A stretch of 64,000 bases of DNA from Escherichia phage FV3, in the sequence record NC_019517.1; one strand, 5' to 3'. Each line of letters begins with the position of its first letter. Within the stretch, counting starts at the first letter, position 1. This document shows, piece after piece, positions 8,783 through 17,918 of the stretch. A model generated the notes under the pieces. That model was not told the origin of the DNA. It ran no database searches and saw only the letters and a list, made by a program, of their open reading frames with translations. Made by a program: the position numbers and the translations under genes.

Positions 8783-9065
8783 GAAACCTGTAAAAGAGAA
8801 ATTTGATAAGACAGCTTTTGTATTCGATACACCTCTGGACGACATTATTAGGGGTATGCAATCGTTGTATCGGAAGGCTGAATCTGAGCAGTTGTCTGAA
8901 TCAGAACTTTACTGGCTTGGTTGGTGGGAGTTAAACCTGCCTAAAGCTGAAAGCTCTTGTCTGAGAACTGTTAAAACGTGCGCCCAAGAAAACGCTGCAC
9001 TTGGAATCTACCACAAACGGAAAAGATCAACAAAAAGCTCTCCAAGGAAGACTAAAAAGTCTTGA
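8772..9065 (+). CDS. hypothetical protein with basic C-terminus (97 aa)
   Basis: track ORF; no motif. Confidence 0.35.
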   Translation: MMAKKPVKEKFDKTAFVFDTPLDDIIRGMQSLYRKAESEQLSESELYWLGWWELNLPKAESSCLRTVKTCAQENAALGIYHKRKRSTKSSPRKTKKS

Positions 9066-9091
9066 CAAAAGTGTTATTAATCTGATATTAT
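9062..9091 (+). promoter_or_regulatory. sigma70-like promoter TTGACA-N17/18-TATTAT
   Basis: consensus hexamers upstream of ORF 9125 with SD CAGGAGA. Confidence 0.55.
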
Positions 9092-9124
9092 CGTTCAGAT
9101 ATTTATAAACCAGGAGAACTAGAT

Positions 9125-9433
9125 ATGCTTAAAATTTTTATTGTTGAAGATAAAGATATTGTCCAGTTGTATGCAAACGAGAATCATAAAGGTATGATCC
9201 TGAAGAAGGCAAGCAACCTTCATGAAAACACAATTCAACCTGGTGATGTAATTAAGATCTCTGGTTATCTGATACCAGACTCCTTGATGAAAATAACTCA
9301 TCATTGGGGTTCCAATCCGTTCCTTTTTGAAAAGTATTGGGATGTTGAGTCACTTATTGCAGAAAGTGATGATGCATTCCATTACAGCATCCAACCATCT
9401 TGCAGAATAACTAACAGGAGGGTCTTTGAGTAG
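9125..9433 (+). CDS. hypothetical protein (102 aa)
   Basis: track ORF with promoter and SD. Confidence 0.45.
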   Translation: MLKIFIVEDKDIVQLYANENHKGMILKKASNLHENTIQPGDVIKISGYLIPDSLMKITHHWGSNPFLFEKYWDVESLIAESDDAFHYSIQPSCRITNRRVFE

Positions 9434-10565
9434 AGAATATCCACTTATTGAGTCCATAGATTGTCTTGCCGATCTTCTTGAACCTGACGCTATAGTCTAT
9501 TATGACTTCGATCAGGTTGCATATCAAGCTGCAGCAAGTTGTGAAAAAAGGACAATTGAGGTAACACATAAAGCCTCCGGACGTAAGAAGGTGTTCAAAA
9601 CACGAACAGAGTTTTGGGGGAGGCAGAAGAACGCAGTTGGCGGTTGGTTAAAGGCCGAGAACACCAACCGTGAAGCTGCATGTAAAAAAGCTGGCAAGGA
9701 GTTTATTCCGTGGACACGTGAAGATTTCGATGTCTTGGATATCCAAACCCCTGATCCTGTAGAGAACTGCTTGCACACAATTAAGTGTAAAGCTAACGCA
9801 GTCCTTAACTATCTTGGTATTCCTGAAGATCGGTGCGTAGGAGTGCTTGGAGGCACAGGTAATTTCAGACTAGATCTTCCCATGCCGGAACGATATAAAG
9901 CCAACCGTAACAATACTCTTCGACCACTGTTGCTTGAAGATGCAAGACAGTATCTCCAAAAGCAGTATAACGCTCAGGTGATCAACGGTATTGAAGCTGA
10001 CGACTGGTTAGCTATCCAGCAATTTGAAGGTTGGAACCACTACCAGAAAACAGGTAAGTTCAACAAGTTTATTATCTCTATAGATAAGGACCAGCGAACA
10101 CTTCCTGGGCTTGTATTCGATCCGATGAGGAACGATAAAGGTGATTTTGTAAGAGAAACTCCTATGCTTATTGATAACGGTATGGGTAACATATTCATGA
10201 AACCAAACGGAGATGTTGGTGGGTATGGAATGTTGTTCTTCGGTTATCAAATGCTATGTGGTGACTCAGCTGACAATATTAAGCCTTACCAAGGTCTTAT
10301 TGGTAAAGGAAAGTTTGGAGATGCATCTGCATTCTCCTTGCTGTCTCAGTGCAGCACACCGAAGGAGATGTGGTTAGCAATCATTGATCAGTATAAAAAA
10401 TGGTTTCCGAAAGGTGCCGTTAAGTATACTGATTTCAATGGTATTGACCGTAGGATTTCCGTAGGTCAGTGGATGAGTATAATTTTCGACTGTTTGTATA
10501 TGAAGCGATCATTCAATGACCAAACAAAACTTGTTAATGTTCTTAGAAATGTTGGAGCAATTTGA
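9426..10565 (+). CDS. 5'-3' exonuclease / flap endonuclease (RNase H-like)
   Basis: FEN motifs IVYYDFDQVAY, GIEADDWLAI, LCGDSADNIKPYQGLIGKGKFGD; TTG start in track. Confidence 0.8.
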   Translation: MSREYPLIESIDCLADLLEPDAIVYYDFDQVAYQAAASCEKRTIEVTHKASGRKKVFKTRTEFWGRQKNAVGGWLKAENTNREAACKKAGKEFIPWTREDFDVLDIQTPDPVENCLHTIKCKANAVLNYLGIPEDRCVGVLGGTGNFRLDLPMPERYKANRNNTLRPLLLEDARQYLQKQYNAQVINGIEADDWLAIQQFEGWNHYQKTGKFNKFIISIDKDQRTLPGLVFDPMRNDKGDFVRETPMLIDNGMGNIFMKPNGDVGGYGMLFFGYQMLCGDSADNIKPYQGLIGKGKFGDASAFSLLSQCSTPKEMWLAIIDQYKKWFPKGAVKYTDFNGIDRRISVGQWMSIIFDCLYMKRSFNDQTKLVNVLRNVGAI

Positions 10566-10888
10566 TGACTAAAAACTCTGTAGATAATGCAATTATGGAA
10601 GCTGTTTTTGAGGATGACCATACAACAGGCACCATTAAAACAAAAAATACATTTATTGTTGCCACAGGTATGTGGCGGTTGTATGAAGATGACACTATTG
10701 CATACATCTTGTATACTGATGATTACGCAGATGATCGTGTATGGTCTGCTGTTTTAAAAGAGGACTGTGAGCTGATCGAGGGTGAGCGGTTATGCATGTT
10801 TACCAGTGTGGAAACAGATGTTAAGCTTTGCTCTCTTGTGTTGTTCAAAGACAAAGCTTATGCCCCAGATGAAGAGGAAACAGTATGA
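10562..10888 (+). CDS. hypothetical protein (108 aa)
   Basis: track ORF; no motif. Confidence 0.4.
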   Translation: MMTKNSVDNAIMEAVFEDDHTTGTIKTKNTFIVATGMWRLYEDDTIAYILYTDDYADDRVWSAVLKEDCELIEGERLCMFTSVETDVKLCSLVLFKDKAYAPDEEETV

Positions 10889-11514
10889 GAGAAAGACTGC
10901 TGTCTATAGACCAGTCTCTTACCCACACGGCCTGCGTTGTATGGGACGATGGTAGGCCTGTTCATAAGGTTGTGTTACGAACCCAAAGCTCGTCTGCAAA
11001 AGAGAAGAAACCAGGGACGGTTTCTTTTGCAACAGCTGCTGAGCGTATTGACTGGATCTGCAAACAGGTTAGATATTATATCCACACGCACCACGTTGAC
11101 ACCGTGGTCATGGAAGGGCTCTCCTTTGGATCGCGAGGAGATGCCACACGTGAACTGGCTGGGTTGTTTTACGGTCTTGAAGTTATGCTCTGGGATGCTT
11201 TAGCAGATTGTGAAAATGACGGCCTGTTTAAGGTCCACACAGTGACACCAACAACTGCCAAAAAGTTTGCTCGTAGTCATCTTCCTGAAGAACTTGCTTT
11301 TGAGGAGAAGAAAAAGCTTGACAAAAAGACGGGTAAAGAGCATACTGTGAAGAAGCCTGTTACGATGGATAAAAAGTTGATGGTTAAGGCCTGTGAAGTA
11401 TCTGAACCTGGGTTCCTAGATGGGATCAATTTGGTACAAGGTAAGGCCGATCTCGCAGATGCTTATTGGATAGGCAGGGCGCATCTGGAGGGATTATCGC
11501 AAAGCGTAAAATAA
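10885..11514 (+). CDS. hypothetical protein, possible RuvC-like (RNase H fold) nuclease
   Basis: LSIDQSLTHTACVVWDD and VVMEGLSFG resemble RuvC/YqgF motifs; weak. Confidence 0.4.
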   Translation: MRERLLSIDQSLTHTACVVWDDGRPVHKVVLRTQSSSAKEKKPGTVSFATAAERIDWICKQVRYYIHTHHVDTVVMEGLSFGSRGDATRELAGLFYGLEVMLWDALADCENDGLFKVHTVTPTTAKKFARSHLPEELAFEEKKKLDKKTGKEHTVKKPVTMDKKLMVKACEVSEPGFLDGINLVQGKADLADAYWIGRAHLEGLSQSVK

Positions 11515-12041
11515 GAAAGAAAGCTGTCAAAGCCCCCGTTCATAACGGGTGGCTAAAAGATTCTAAGGATATAGCCAACTTTCGGAAAGAATTGTCAGAA
11601 GAGCAGGATGGTCTTGATCCGATCTTGTGCGAACCACTTCGTAAGCCTTGTTTAGATCATGATCATCTGACTGGTCGTTGCAGGGGTGTTTTGTCCCAAT
11701 GCACTAATACCTTTGAGGGGTATGTGCTTAAATACTGGATGAAATACTGTAACGAGTATACAGATTGCAGTTTATCAGAGGCGTTGCGCCGGATGGCTGA
11801 CTATCTGGAGAAAGACTACAGCGACTTCCCGCTCCACAAAAACTACAGGGACGATATGACAAAGTTCTTGAGGAGATGCTCTAAAGCTACGATTATTGCA
11901 CGGGCAGAATCGGATCTCGATCTTGTCATTAATTCAGAGTACACCAAGCATGAGGCTATTGAGGCCTACATGCAGGAGTTTATAAAGAAAACTGAGGAGA
12001 GAGATTTCTATGGAGACGAAAAAGGTATTCAATCCTTGTGA
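11466..12041 (+). CDS. endonuclease VII-like Holliday junction resolvase
   Basis: CEPLRKPCLDHDH...GRCRGVLSQCTNTFEG matches T4 gp49 HLDHDH...RGLLCNLCNAAEG core; start uncertain (overlaps upstream ORF). Confidence 0.75.
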   Translation: MDRQGASGGIIAKRKIRKKAVKAPVHNGWLKDSKDIANFRKELSEEQDGLDPILCEPLRKPCLDHDHLTGRCRGVLSQCTNTFEGYVLKYWMKYCNEYTDCSLSEALRRMADYLEKDYSDFPLHKNYRDDMTKFLRRCSKATIIARAESDLDLVINSEYTKHEAIEAYMQEFIKKTEERDFYGDEKGIQSL

Positions 12042-12231
12042 TTCAGTTCTGATCAGGATGAAATACCGTAACTGGAAAGGTGTTGTTGCAGATCGCTGCG
12101 TTACTGAGCCTAGTTTATGGTTTGGCTCTACAGATTATCATAAAGAAGATCAGTGGTTGATGCATGCATTTGATGTAGACAAGGGCGAATATCGTGACTT
12201 CGCTTTAAAAGACATTCTTCAGTTTTACTAA
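12010..12231 (+). CDS. hypothetical protein (73 aa)
   Basis: track ORF; no motif. Confidence 0.35.
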   Translation: METKKVFNPCDSVLIRMKYRNWKGVVADRCVTEPSLWFGSTDYHKEDQWLMHAFDVDKGEYRDFALKDILQFY

Positions 12232-12243
12232 GGAATCTTAACG

Positions 12244-13227
12244 ATGATGACAAAGTTAACTCTTGAGCAAATTTTAACACTAAAGCAACAGGGATACACC
12301 AATAGACAAATTGCTCGTGAATTTCTAGGTCGTGAGTCACGTGAGAGCTGGATCCGGCTACAGCTTAAACGTGCACAAGAGAATATGTCAGAGATTGTAG
12401 GAGAGGCAACGGAGCGCTTCCTTGAAGAACACAAAGGTGCTAAAGTTTGGGTGTATGATACAGAGACATCCCCAACAAACGGCTGGTTCTTTGGGCATTA
12501 TAAGACCAACATTCAAACCTGCGGTATTGAAATTATGCCCTATATGCTAACTTTCGCAGGTAAATGGTTAGACAGCCCCAGTGTGGTTGACTGTGCTCTT
12601 CCTGATTACAAAATGTGGGGCGAGGATATCCACAACGATCTTGAGCTGATTCAAGATTTGTGGTATTATCTGGATAAATGTGATGTAGCAGTAGCACACA
12701 ACTCTGGTTTTGACTGTGGGTGGGCCAACCAACGATTTGCATTTCACGGTTTGCCGCCAACAAGCCCATACAAAGAGGTTGACACCCTCAAGATGATTAA
12801 AAAGGCATTCCGTTTGAATGCAAACACGTTAGAGTATGCATGTAAATACTTCCAACTGGCCCGACAGAAACTAATTGACCACACATTTGAAATGTGGATC
12901 AAGTGTGTTCATGGTGATCTTGAGGCGTTTAAACAGATGCGGGAGTATAATGTTGGGGACATCTTGTCTCTGGAAGGCCTATATTTGCTGGCGCGTCCGT
13001 TTGCTAAGCAGCACCCCAACATGTCGTTGTACTACCAAGATGAGGAGTCAAAAGTTCGTTGCCCACGTTGTGGTGGAGAACACCTTCACGAGGAAGAGGC
13101 TTTGGCGTATACTCAACTGAGTGCATTTAAAACCTACCGCTGCGAAGGTTGTGGATCTGTTGTTCGTGATCGTAACAACATCCGTACCCGAGAAGAGATG
13201 AAAAACACCCTGATTCAGATAATCTGA
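12244..13227 (+). CDS. DnaQ-like 3'-5' exonuclease with N-terminal HTH and C-terminal Cys4 cluster
   Basis: Exo I VWVYDTET, Exo III AHNSGFDCGW; N-terminal GYTNRQIAREF HTH-like; CPRCGG...CEGCG. Confidence 0.6.
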   Translation: MMTKLTLEQILTLKQQGYTNRQIAREFLGRESRESWIRLQLKRAQENMSEIVGEATERFLEEHKGAKVWVYDTETSPTNGWFFGHYKTNIQTCGIEIMPYMLTFAGKWLDSPSVVDCALPDYKMWGEDIHNDLELIQDLWYYLDKCDVAVAHNSGFDCGWANQRFAFHGLPPTSPYKEVDTLKMIKKAFRLNANTLEYACKYFQLARQKLIDHTFEMWIKCVHGDLEAFKQMREYNVGDILSLEGLYLLARPFAKQHPNMSLYYQDEESKVRCPRCGGEHLHEEEALAYTQLSAFKTYRCEGCGSVVRDRNNIRTREEMKNTLIQII

Positions 13228-13235
13228 CAAGTAGA

Positions 13236-13260
13236 GGGAGGCTTGCGCCTCCCTTTTCAT
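13236..13260 (+). terminator. rho-independent terminator
   Basis: hairpin GGGAGGC-TTGC-GCCTCCC followed by TTTTCATTTT after stop 13227. Confidence 0.6.
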
Positions 13261-13272
13261 TTTGGAGGCACC

Positions 13273-14079
13273 TTGAGCAAGAAAGAGTCCAACGACAAAT
13301 ATTACACAGACCCTGAGTATGCAGAATATCTTGTTGGTAAAGTAAAAGTTAGGTATGGGAATTGTGCATACGTTGAGCCTTCTGCTGGAAAGGGTTCTTT
13401 TTCAAAACTATTTTCAGAGATACTGTCGTACGATTTGGTACCAGATCCTGAATTTGAAGGCCCAACACCGTGTATTAAGGCAAACTTCTTAGAGGTGTAC
13501 CCTAAGGCTGATGTCTTCATAGGTAATCCTCCATTCGGCAAAAATTCGTCTTTAGCTTGCAAGTTCTTTAACCACTGTGCATCATTGCTAGAGCCTGGCG
13601 GGGCTATAGCCTTCATCTTGCCACGGACATTTGAAAAAATATTTTTTGCAAACAAGCTGGACATGTCAATGCACCTTATCTACAGCGAAAGGTGCCCCAA
13701 GAACTCGTTTTTACTTAACGACAAACCTTATGACGTGCCATGTGTTTTCCAAATTTGGGAGAAAAAGGTGTGCAATAGGGATCCTGTAGAGATTGGGGAG
13801 AATAAGTTATTTTCTTTTAGCACACCAGATGACTACGACTTCTGCATAAGACGTGTTGGGTATAATGCTGGAAAAGTATTGGGGGAGGATGACCCAAAAT
13901 CTGAAGAATCAACATATTTCATAAAATCTTTAGTTGATGGTGTTGACAGAGTGTTTGCTGAATGCTATTCTTCTTTTCAAGAAGAAGCAGGTAAGACTGC
14001 TGGAATGAAGAGTATAGGCAAGAAAGAACTACAATACATTTTGGAGACTAGGTATGATCAAAAGTATAGACTTGACTAA
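13273..14079 (+). CDS. N6-adenine DNA methyltransferase
   Basis: catalytic motif IGNPPFG; probable TTG start with SD GGAGG (track ORF begins 13243 inside the terminator). Confidence 0.65.
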   Translation: MSKKESNDKYYTDPEYAEYLVGKVKVRYGNCAYVEPSAGKGSFSKLFSEILSYDLVPDPEFEGPTPCIKANFLEVYPKADVFIGNPPFGKNSSLACKFFNHCASLLEPGGAIAFILPRTFEKIFFANKLDMSMHLIYSERCPKNSFLLNDKPYDVPCVFQIWEKKVCNRDPVEIGENKLFSFSTPDDYDFCIRRVGYNAGKVLGEDDPKSEESTYFIKSLVDGVDRVFAECYSSFQEEAGKTAGMKSIGKKELQYILETRYDQKYRLD

Positions 14080-14512
14080 AGAGCTTACTGATGCAAAGGC
14101 TTTTGGTGAGACAGCCGTGCAAAGGGGACAGGCTATGGGGCTGGCACTACCTTTTGTCTTAAAAGAGCATTTTACAGATTTTCAGCTTATCCGGGGCGAA
14201 AAGGGGATGCTTATTCTGGAACATAAGCTGAGTAAGAAACGTTATAAAGTTGTTTTTAATTCTAAAGCTCCAACAAAACTTGGATTCAGAACTTACAATC
14301 TCAACCCTTCCTATACTAAGGGTGTTGGAAGAGTTGAACAGCAGCATCTCAGTGCTAGAGCTTCTTTAGCCCCTTTGATGCTAAATTTCTCAGGTGTGGC
14401 TTTGGGATACCTGGATAAGAAAAGAGTTCTTCATGTTCGTTTTACAGACTTTGTAACGCTTTTAGCTAACAACGAAGTAGATGAAAAGGGACGTGTAAAA
14501 ACAAACTTCTAA
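14054..14512 (+). CDS. hypothetical protein (152 aa)
   Basis: track ORF; no motif. Confidence 0.4.
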   Translation: MIKSIDLTKELTDAKAFGETAVQRGQAMGLALPFVLKEHFTDFQLIRGEKGMLILEHKLSKKRYKVVFNSKAPTKLGFRTYNLNPSYTKGVGRVEQQHLSARASLAPLMLNFSGVALGYLDKKRVLHVRFTDFVTLLANNEVDEKGRVKTNF

Positions 14513-14527
14513 TAACGTGCAGTATGA

Positions 14528-14731
14528 TTGGAGACCGCAATGACACCAGAGTTAACAATTCCAGACAGCTTTTCAGAAAACTTTATCCCAGAAATGATGA
14601 ATAAGATGCGATCATTGCTTGATCAGATTGAGGAGGCTGTTTGGGAAGACGATGCCGTAGTAGCTAACGAACTGGTAGATAAGTGTAAAAGTATTATTGA
14701 TGCAGTTGAAGAATACCACGGAGGTTTTTAA
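14528..14731 (+). CDS. hypothetical acidic protein (67 aa)
   Basis: track ORF; ATGA overlap with next gene. Confidence 0.4.
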   Translation: METAMTPELTIPDSFSENFIPEMMNKMRSLLDQIEEAVWEDDAVVANELVDKCKSIIDAVEEYHGGF

Positions 14732-15333
14732 TGGATATTATTGTTCTTAATGCTCCACCAAGTTCTGGAAAAGACCATATCGCAGATCTTTTGTTGGAAG
14801 CCATTCCAAACTCGCATCACCGCGAGGTAAAGGAAATGCTATTCAGTGTGGCAATTAAGGCAGCTGGTATTTCACCACAGTTGTGGAATGCACTCTATGA
14901 TCGCCGCTACAAAGAAGAACCGTGCCCGTTCTTAATGATAGACGGCAAGCATGTTTCTCCGCGAGAATGGATGATCCATTGTAGTGAAAATCTGATCAAA
15001 CCTATCTTTGGTGAAGATGCTTTCGGTAAGGCCGCAGTCGCATCCTTGAAGAAAGATTTCCCTGAAGGTAAAGGGGTTGTTGTTTACTCCGATGGTGGCT
15101 TCAAAGAGGAGCTGGCATGCCTTGGCGAGTACGCATCCATCACAGGTGGCGATCTTCTACTGTTCCGTATCCACCGTGAAGGATATGATTGGGGAAATGA
15201 TTCCAGAACTTACCTTAGCCTAGAGAAGAACGGGATAAAAGGTATTGAGTTTGATGTTGTTAACCCAGAGGGAGCTCCTTGGGAGTGCGCATCTGAGATT
15301 GTGTGCAAGTATATTGATGCTAAAGAGGGCTGA
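14731..15333 (+). CDS. deoxynucleoside monophosphate kinase
   Basis: N-terminus IIVLNAPPSSGKDHIADLL resembles T4 gp1 LIFLSGVKRSGKDTTADFI. Confidence 0.65.
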   Translation: MDIIVLNAPPSSGKDHIADLLLEAIPNSHHREVKEMLFSVAIKAAGISPQLWNALYDRRYKEEPCPFLMIDGKHVSPREWMIHCSENLIKPIFGEDAFGKAAVASLKKDFPEGKGVVVYSDGGFKEELACLGEYASITGGDLLLFRIHREGYDWGNDSRTYLSLEKNGIKGIEFDVVNPEGAPWECASEIVCKYIDAKEG

Positions 15334-15338
15334 GAACA

Positions 15339-15932
15339 ATGCTGATCGGAATTGATGTAGATTTAACACTGGTAGACTCAGGAACAGCATGGTGGGAGTG
15401 GCTAGAGCGTTTATATGGTCCAGCCAGCAAGACAGTCGCTAAACCTTCTAACGGACTGATGTATTACGATCTGTCAAAGTATTGGCCTGATCGCCCCAAA
15501 GAAAACATCATAGGGCCTTTTGATTTCTGGAGTGACCCGTTCCTCTACGACTTTCTTAAGCCTGAAGAGGGGGCTATTGAGGTTATGAAAGATTTGGTGG
15601 CTCGTGGTCACAAGCTTGCATTTATCTCTGTATGCAAGAAAGGTCACCTTGCATCTAAATCAAGGTTCTTAAAGCGTTGGACCAGCGATTTTATGGATCT
15701 TGACGATCACACCCAGGGTCACGGCTTCTACGCCACACATTTCAAAGGTAATGTGGCTGTAGATGTTATAATTGACGACAGGCATGAATACCTGAACCAA
15801 TTCGCTTCACGCCCTGAAGTTATTAAAATCTTAAAAGACACTCCTTATGAGCAATTCGAGGAGTTGAAGGTTAGTGTTGACTATACCGCTAACAGCTGGT
15901 ATAAAATAGGGAAGTTTTTAGAAGGTATTTGA
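15339..15932 (+). CDS. HAD-family phosphatase, 5'(3')-deoxyribonucleotidase-like
   Basis: HAD motif I IGIDVDLTLVDS. Confidence 0.55.
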   Translation: MLIGIDVDLTLVDSGTAWWEWLERLYGPASKTVAKPSNGLMYYDLSKYWPDRPKENIIGPFDFWSDPFLYDFLKPEEGAIEVMKDLVARGHKLAFISVCKKGHLASKSRFLKRWTSDFMDLDDHTQGHGFYATHFKGNVAVDVIIDDRHEYLNQFASRPEVIKILKDTPYEQFEELKVSVDYTANSWYKIGKFLEGI

Positions 15933-15933
15933 A

Positions 15934-16134
15934 ATGGGCAGATGTTCTAAAGGTGGCGATCCTGTAGTCAGATACGGTGACTGGCTAGAGGTGTATGATC
16001 TGGGTGGTAAGCTGGTGTACGCCTCTAGGATCACCCAAGATATGTGCTCCGATATGTTTAACAGATACCTTGCATTTAAGGCCAACATAAACCCAGACGA
16101 AATTTCCAAAATTAAAACAAGGAGAGCTAAATAA
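15934..16134 (+). CDS. hypothetical protein (66 aa)
   Basis: track ORF; no motif. Confidence 0.35.
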   Translation: MGRCSKGGDPVVRYGDWLEVYDLGGKLVYASRITQDMCSDMFNRYLAFKANINPDEISKIKTRRAK

Positions 16135-17117
16135 TGCTAAAACTGTGCACTGCAAAGATTATTGCCGACAGCATTTCCGAGAAAGGTAAGCGTATCACTA
16201 CTTTTGAGCTAGAATATCCTCGAATTATTCACTCAGAGCTTATGACACATCGAATGTTCAGCCGAAACGCTATGTCTTCTCGTGCAGTACCTGTCAGCAA
16301 GATGCTGCAGCAAATTGTGGAGAATCCGGCAATGCCAGTTCGCTTCGGTGTAAATAAGCGAGGAATGGAAGATGGAGGGGAACACGATCAAAAGATCCGT
16401 GTAGAATACACTGACATGGAGATGACCCCTGAAGAGTTTTGGAAAGAAGCTGCAAAAAACGCCGCTTGGCATGCAGAGAAGTTCGCCCTTGCTGGTTACC
16501 ATAAGCAAGTATGTAACCGCTTAGTAGAGCCGTTTCAGCGCATGAAAACAGTTGTAACAAGCACCGAGTGGAATAATTTTTTCCACCTGCGTTGCTGGCA
16601 CGATGCGGATCCTACGATTCAGATGTTGGCTAATTGCATGCAGGATGCTATTATGAATAGCACTCCTGAAATCCTTAAACCGGGTCAATGGCACACCCCA
16701 TATGTAGAGCATGTTTATTTGGACGGAGAGTTTAACTACGCTGTACGTGACACAGAAGGAAAGCTCTGCATTCTCGATACTAAAGAAGCTCTGTCTATTA
16801 GTGCTAGTTGCTGTGCACAAGTATCTTATCGAAATATTGACAGCACGTTTGAAAAGGCAGACAGTGTTGCTAAAAAATTGATTGGTGGGGATCGTATTCA
16901 TGCAAGCCCTTACGAGCATCAGGCAACACCTATGGATCACGATAACGCAATGGAACGTTTAAACTACTACCTGTCTTCATGTGAAATCACACAGGACAGC
17001 TGTGTTTGGCAGGAAGGTGTAACCCATCAAGACCGCGACGGTAAATTCTGGTCTGCCAACTTTTGTGGGTGGGTTCAGCACAGACAGCTGCTTAATAACC
17101 ACTTCATGAAAGGTTAA
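16134..17117 (+). CDS. thyX: flavin-dependent thymidylate synthase
   Basis: ThyX signature RHSELMTHRMFSRNAMSSRAVP (RHR...SxR). Confidence 0.9.
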   Translation: MLKLCTAKIIADSISEKGKRITTFELEYPRIIHSELMTHRMFSRNAMSSRAVPVSKMLQQIVENPAMPVRFGVNKRGMEDGGEHDQKIRVEYTDMEMTPEEFWKEAAKNAAWHAEKFALAGYHKQVCNRLVEPFQRMKTVVTSTEWNNFFHLRCWHDADPTIQMLANCMQDAIMNSTPEILKPGQWHTPYVEHVYLDGEFNYAVRDTEGKLCILDTKEALSISASCCAQVSYRNIDSTFEKADSVAKKLIGGDRIHASPYEHQATPMDHDNAMERLNYYLSSCEITQDSCVWQEGVTHQDRDGKFWSANFCGWVQHRQLLNNHFMKG

Positions 17118-17118
17118 T

Positions 17119-17145
17119 CCTATCGCAGCGATAGGTAACTTTTGT
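17119..17145 (+). terminator. possible terminator hairpin
   Basis: palindrome CCTATCGC/GCGATAGG followed by T-rich run after thyX stop. Confidence 0.4.
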
Positions 17146-17146
17146 G

Positions 17147-17175
17147 TTGACTAATAGTATTAGATAATCTATAAT
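17147..17175 (+). promoter_or_regulatory. strong sigma70-like promoter TTGACT-N17-TATAAT
   Basis: near-perfect hexamers; followed by 5'-UTR hairpin GGCTCAC...GTGAGCC and SD. Confidence 0.65.
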
Positions 17176-17215
17176 AATGGCTCACTTTGTTGGTGAGCCA
17201 GAAATGGAGACAGAT

Positions 17216-17677
17216 ATGAGTAATGTTATGATTCCTAAAAAGACATTTATTTCAGTTACTTTAGATTTCCTATCTACTGTTCCCGGGTTTAACGTTCGCA
17301 CACGAAACGGTCTCCGAGCTGCACTCTTTGCTGTAGGGTTTGATTTAAAAAATATTGATGTTCTTCGTGGAAAAAACGTTAGATGCAAAAATAAGCCAAC
17401 CCATTATCGAAAGGCAGATGTATTTGCTGGTGTCATGCGTGCAGACTTTAGATACCCGCAGATGTATAACGGTGTAGATATTTTAGATGTAGATAAAGCA
17501 CCCGGTGAGGCAATGCTTGTTCAAGATCTTCCGTATGATATCCCCGTAGAAGATCGTGTTAATGTGAGAAAGTATACAAAACAATCTGAAAAGGCTGAAG
17601 ATATTCATATTGTTGATGAACCTTTCAATTTTGAAGATCTGCATCGCCTGGAAAAATTATTCGGTATTGAAAGCTAA
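17216..17677 (+). CDS. hypothetical protein (153 aa)
   Basis: in-frame ATG with SD GGAGA after the 5'-UTR hairpin; track ORF begins earlier at 17177. Confidence 0.45.
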   Translation: MSNVMIPKKTFISVTLDFLSTVPGFNVRTRNGLRAALFAVGFDLKNIDVLRGKNVRCKNKPTHYRKADVFAGVMRADFRYPQMYNGVDILDVDKAPGEAMLVQDLPYDIPVEDRVNVRKYTKQSEKAEDIHIVDEPFNFEDLHRLEKLFGIES

Positions 17678-17687
17678 GGTGGTGAAG

Positions 17688-17918
17688 ATGAGTCATAACT
17701 CCAAGTGGAAGGATCTTGGTTTTGCAAGTCGGGCAGAGTATGTTGGTTGGCTTTGGTTCAACGGTCTGACAAACGATATTAAAATGTATGATGATGTTTA
17801 TTATGATGAATATACAGGTAAAATTATAAATATCTCTGTAGAAGAGGATACTTTTATCCAACAAGACACTGATACCTGCCTTGATAAATACGTTGATGAA
17901 GTGGAGGAAGCAAATTGA
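17688..17918 (+). CDS. hypothetical protein (76 aa)
   Basis: internal ATG with SD AAGGTGG; track ORF 17610..17918. Confidence 0.4.
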   Translation: MSHNSKWKDLGFASRAEYVGWLWFNGLTNDIKMYDDVYYDEYTGKIINISVEEDTFIQQDTDTCLDKYVDEVEEAN

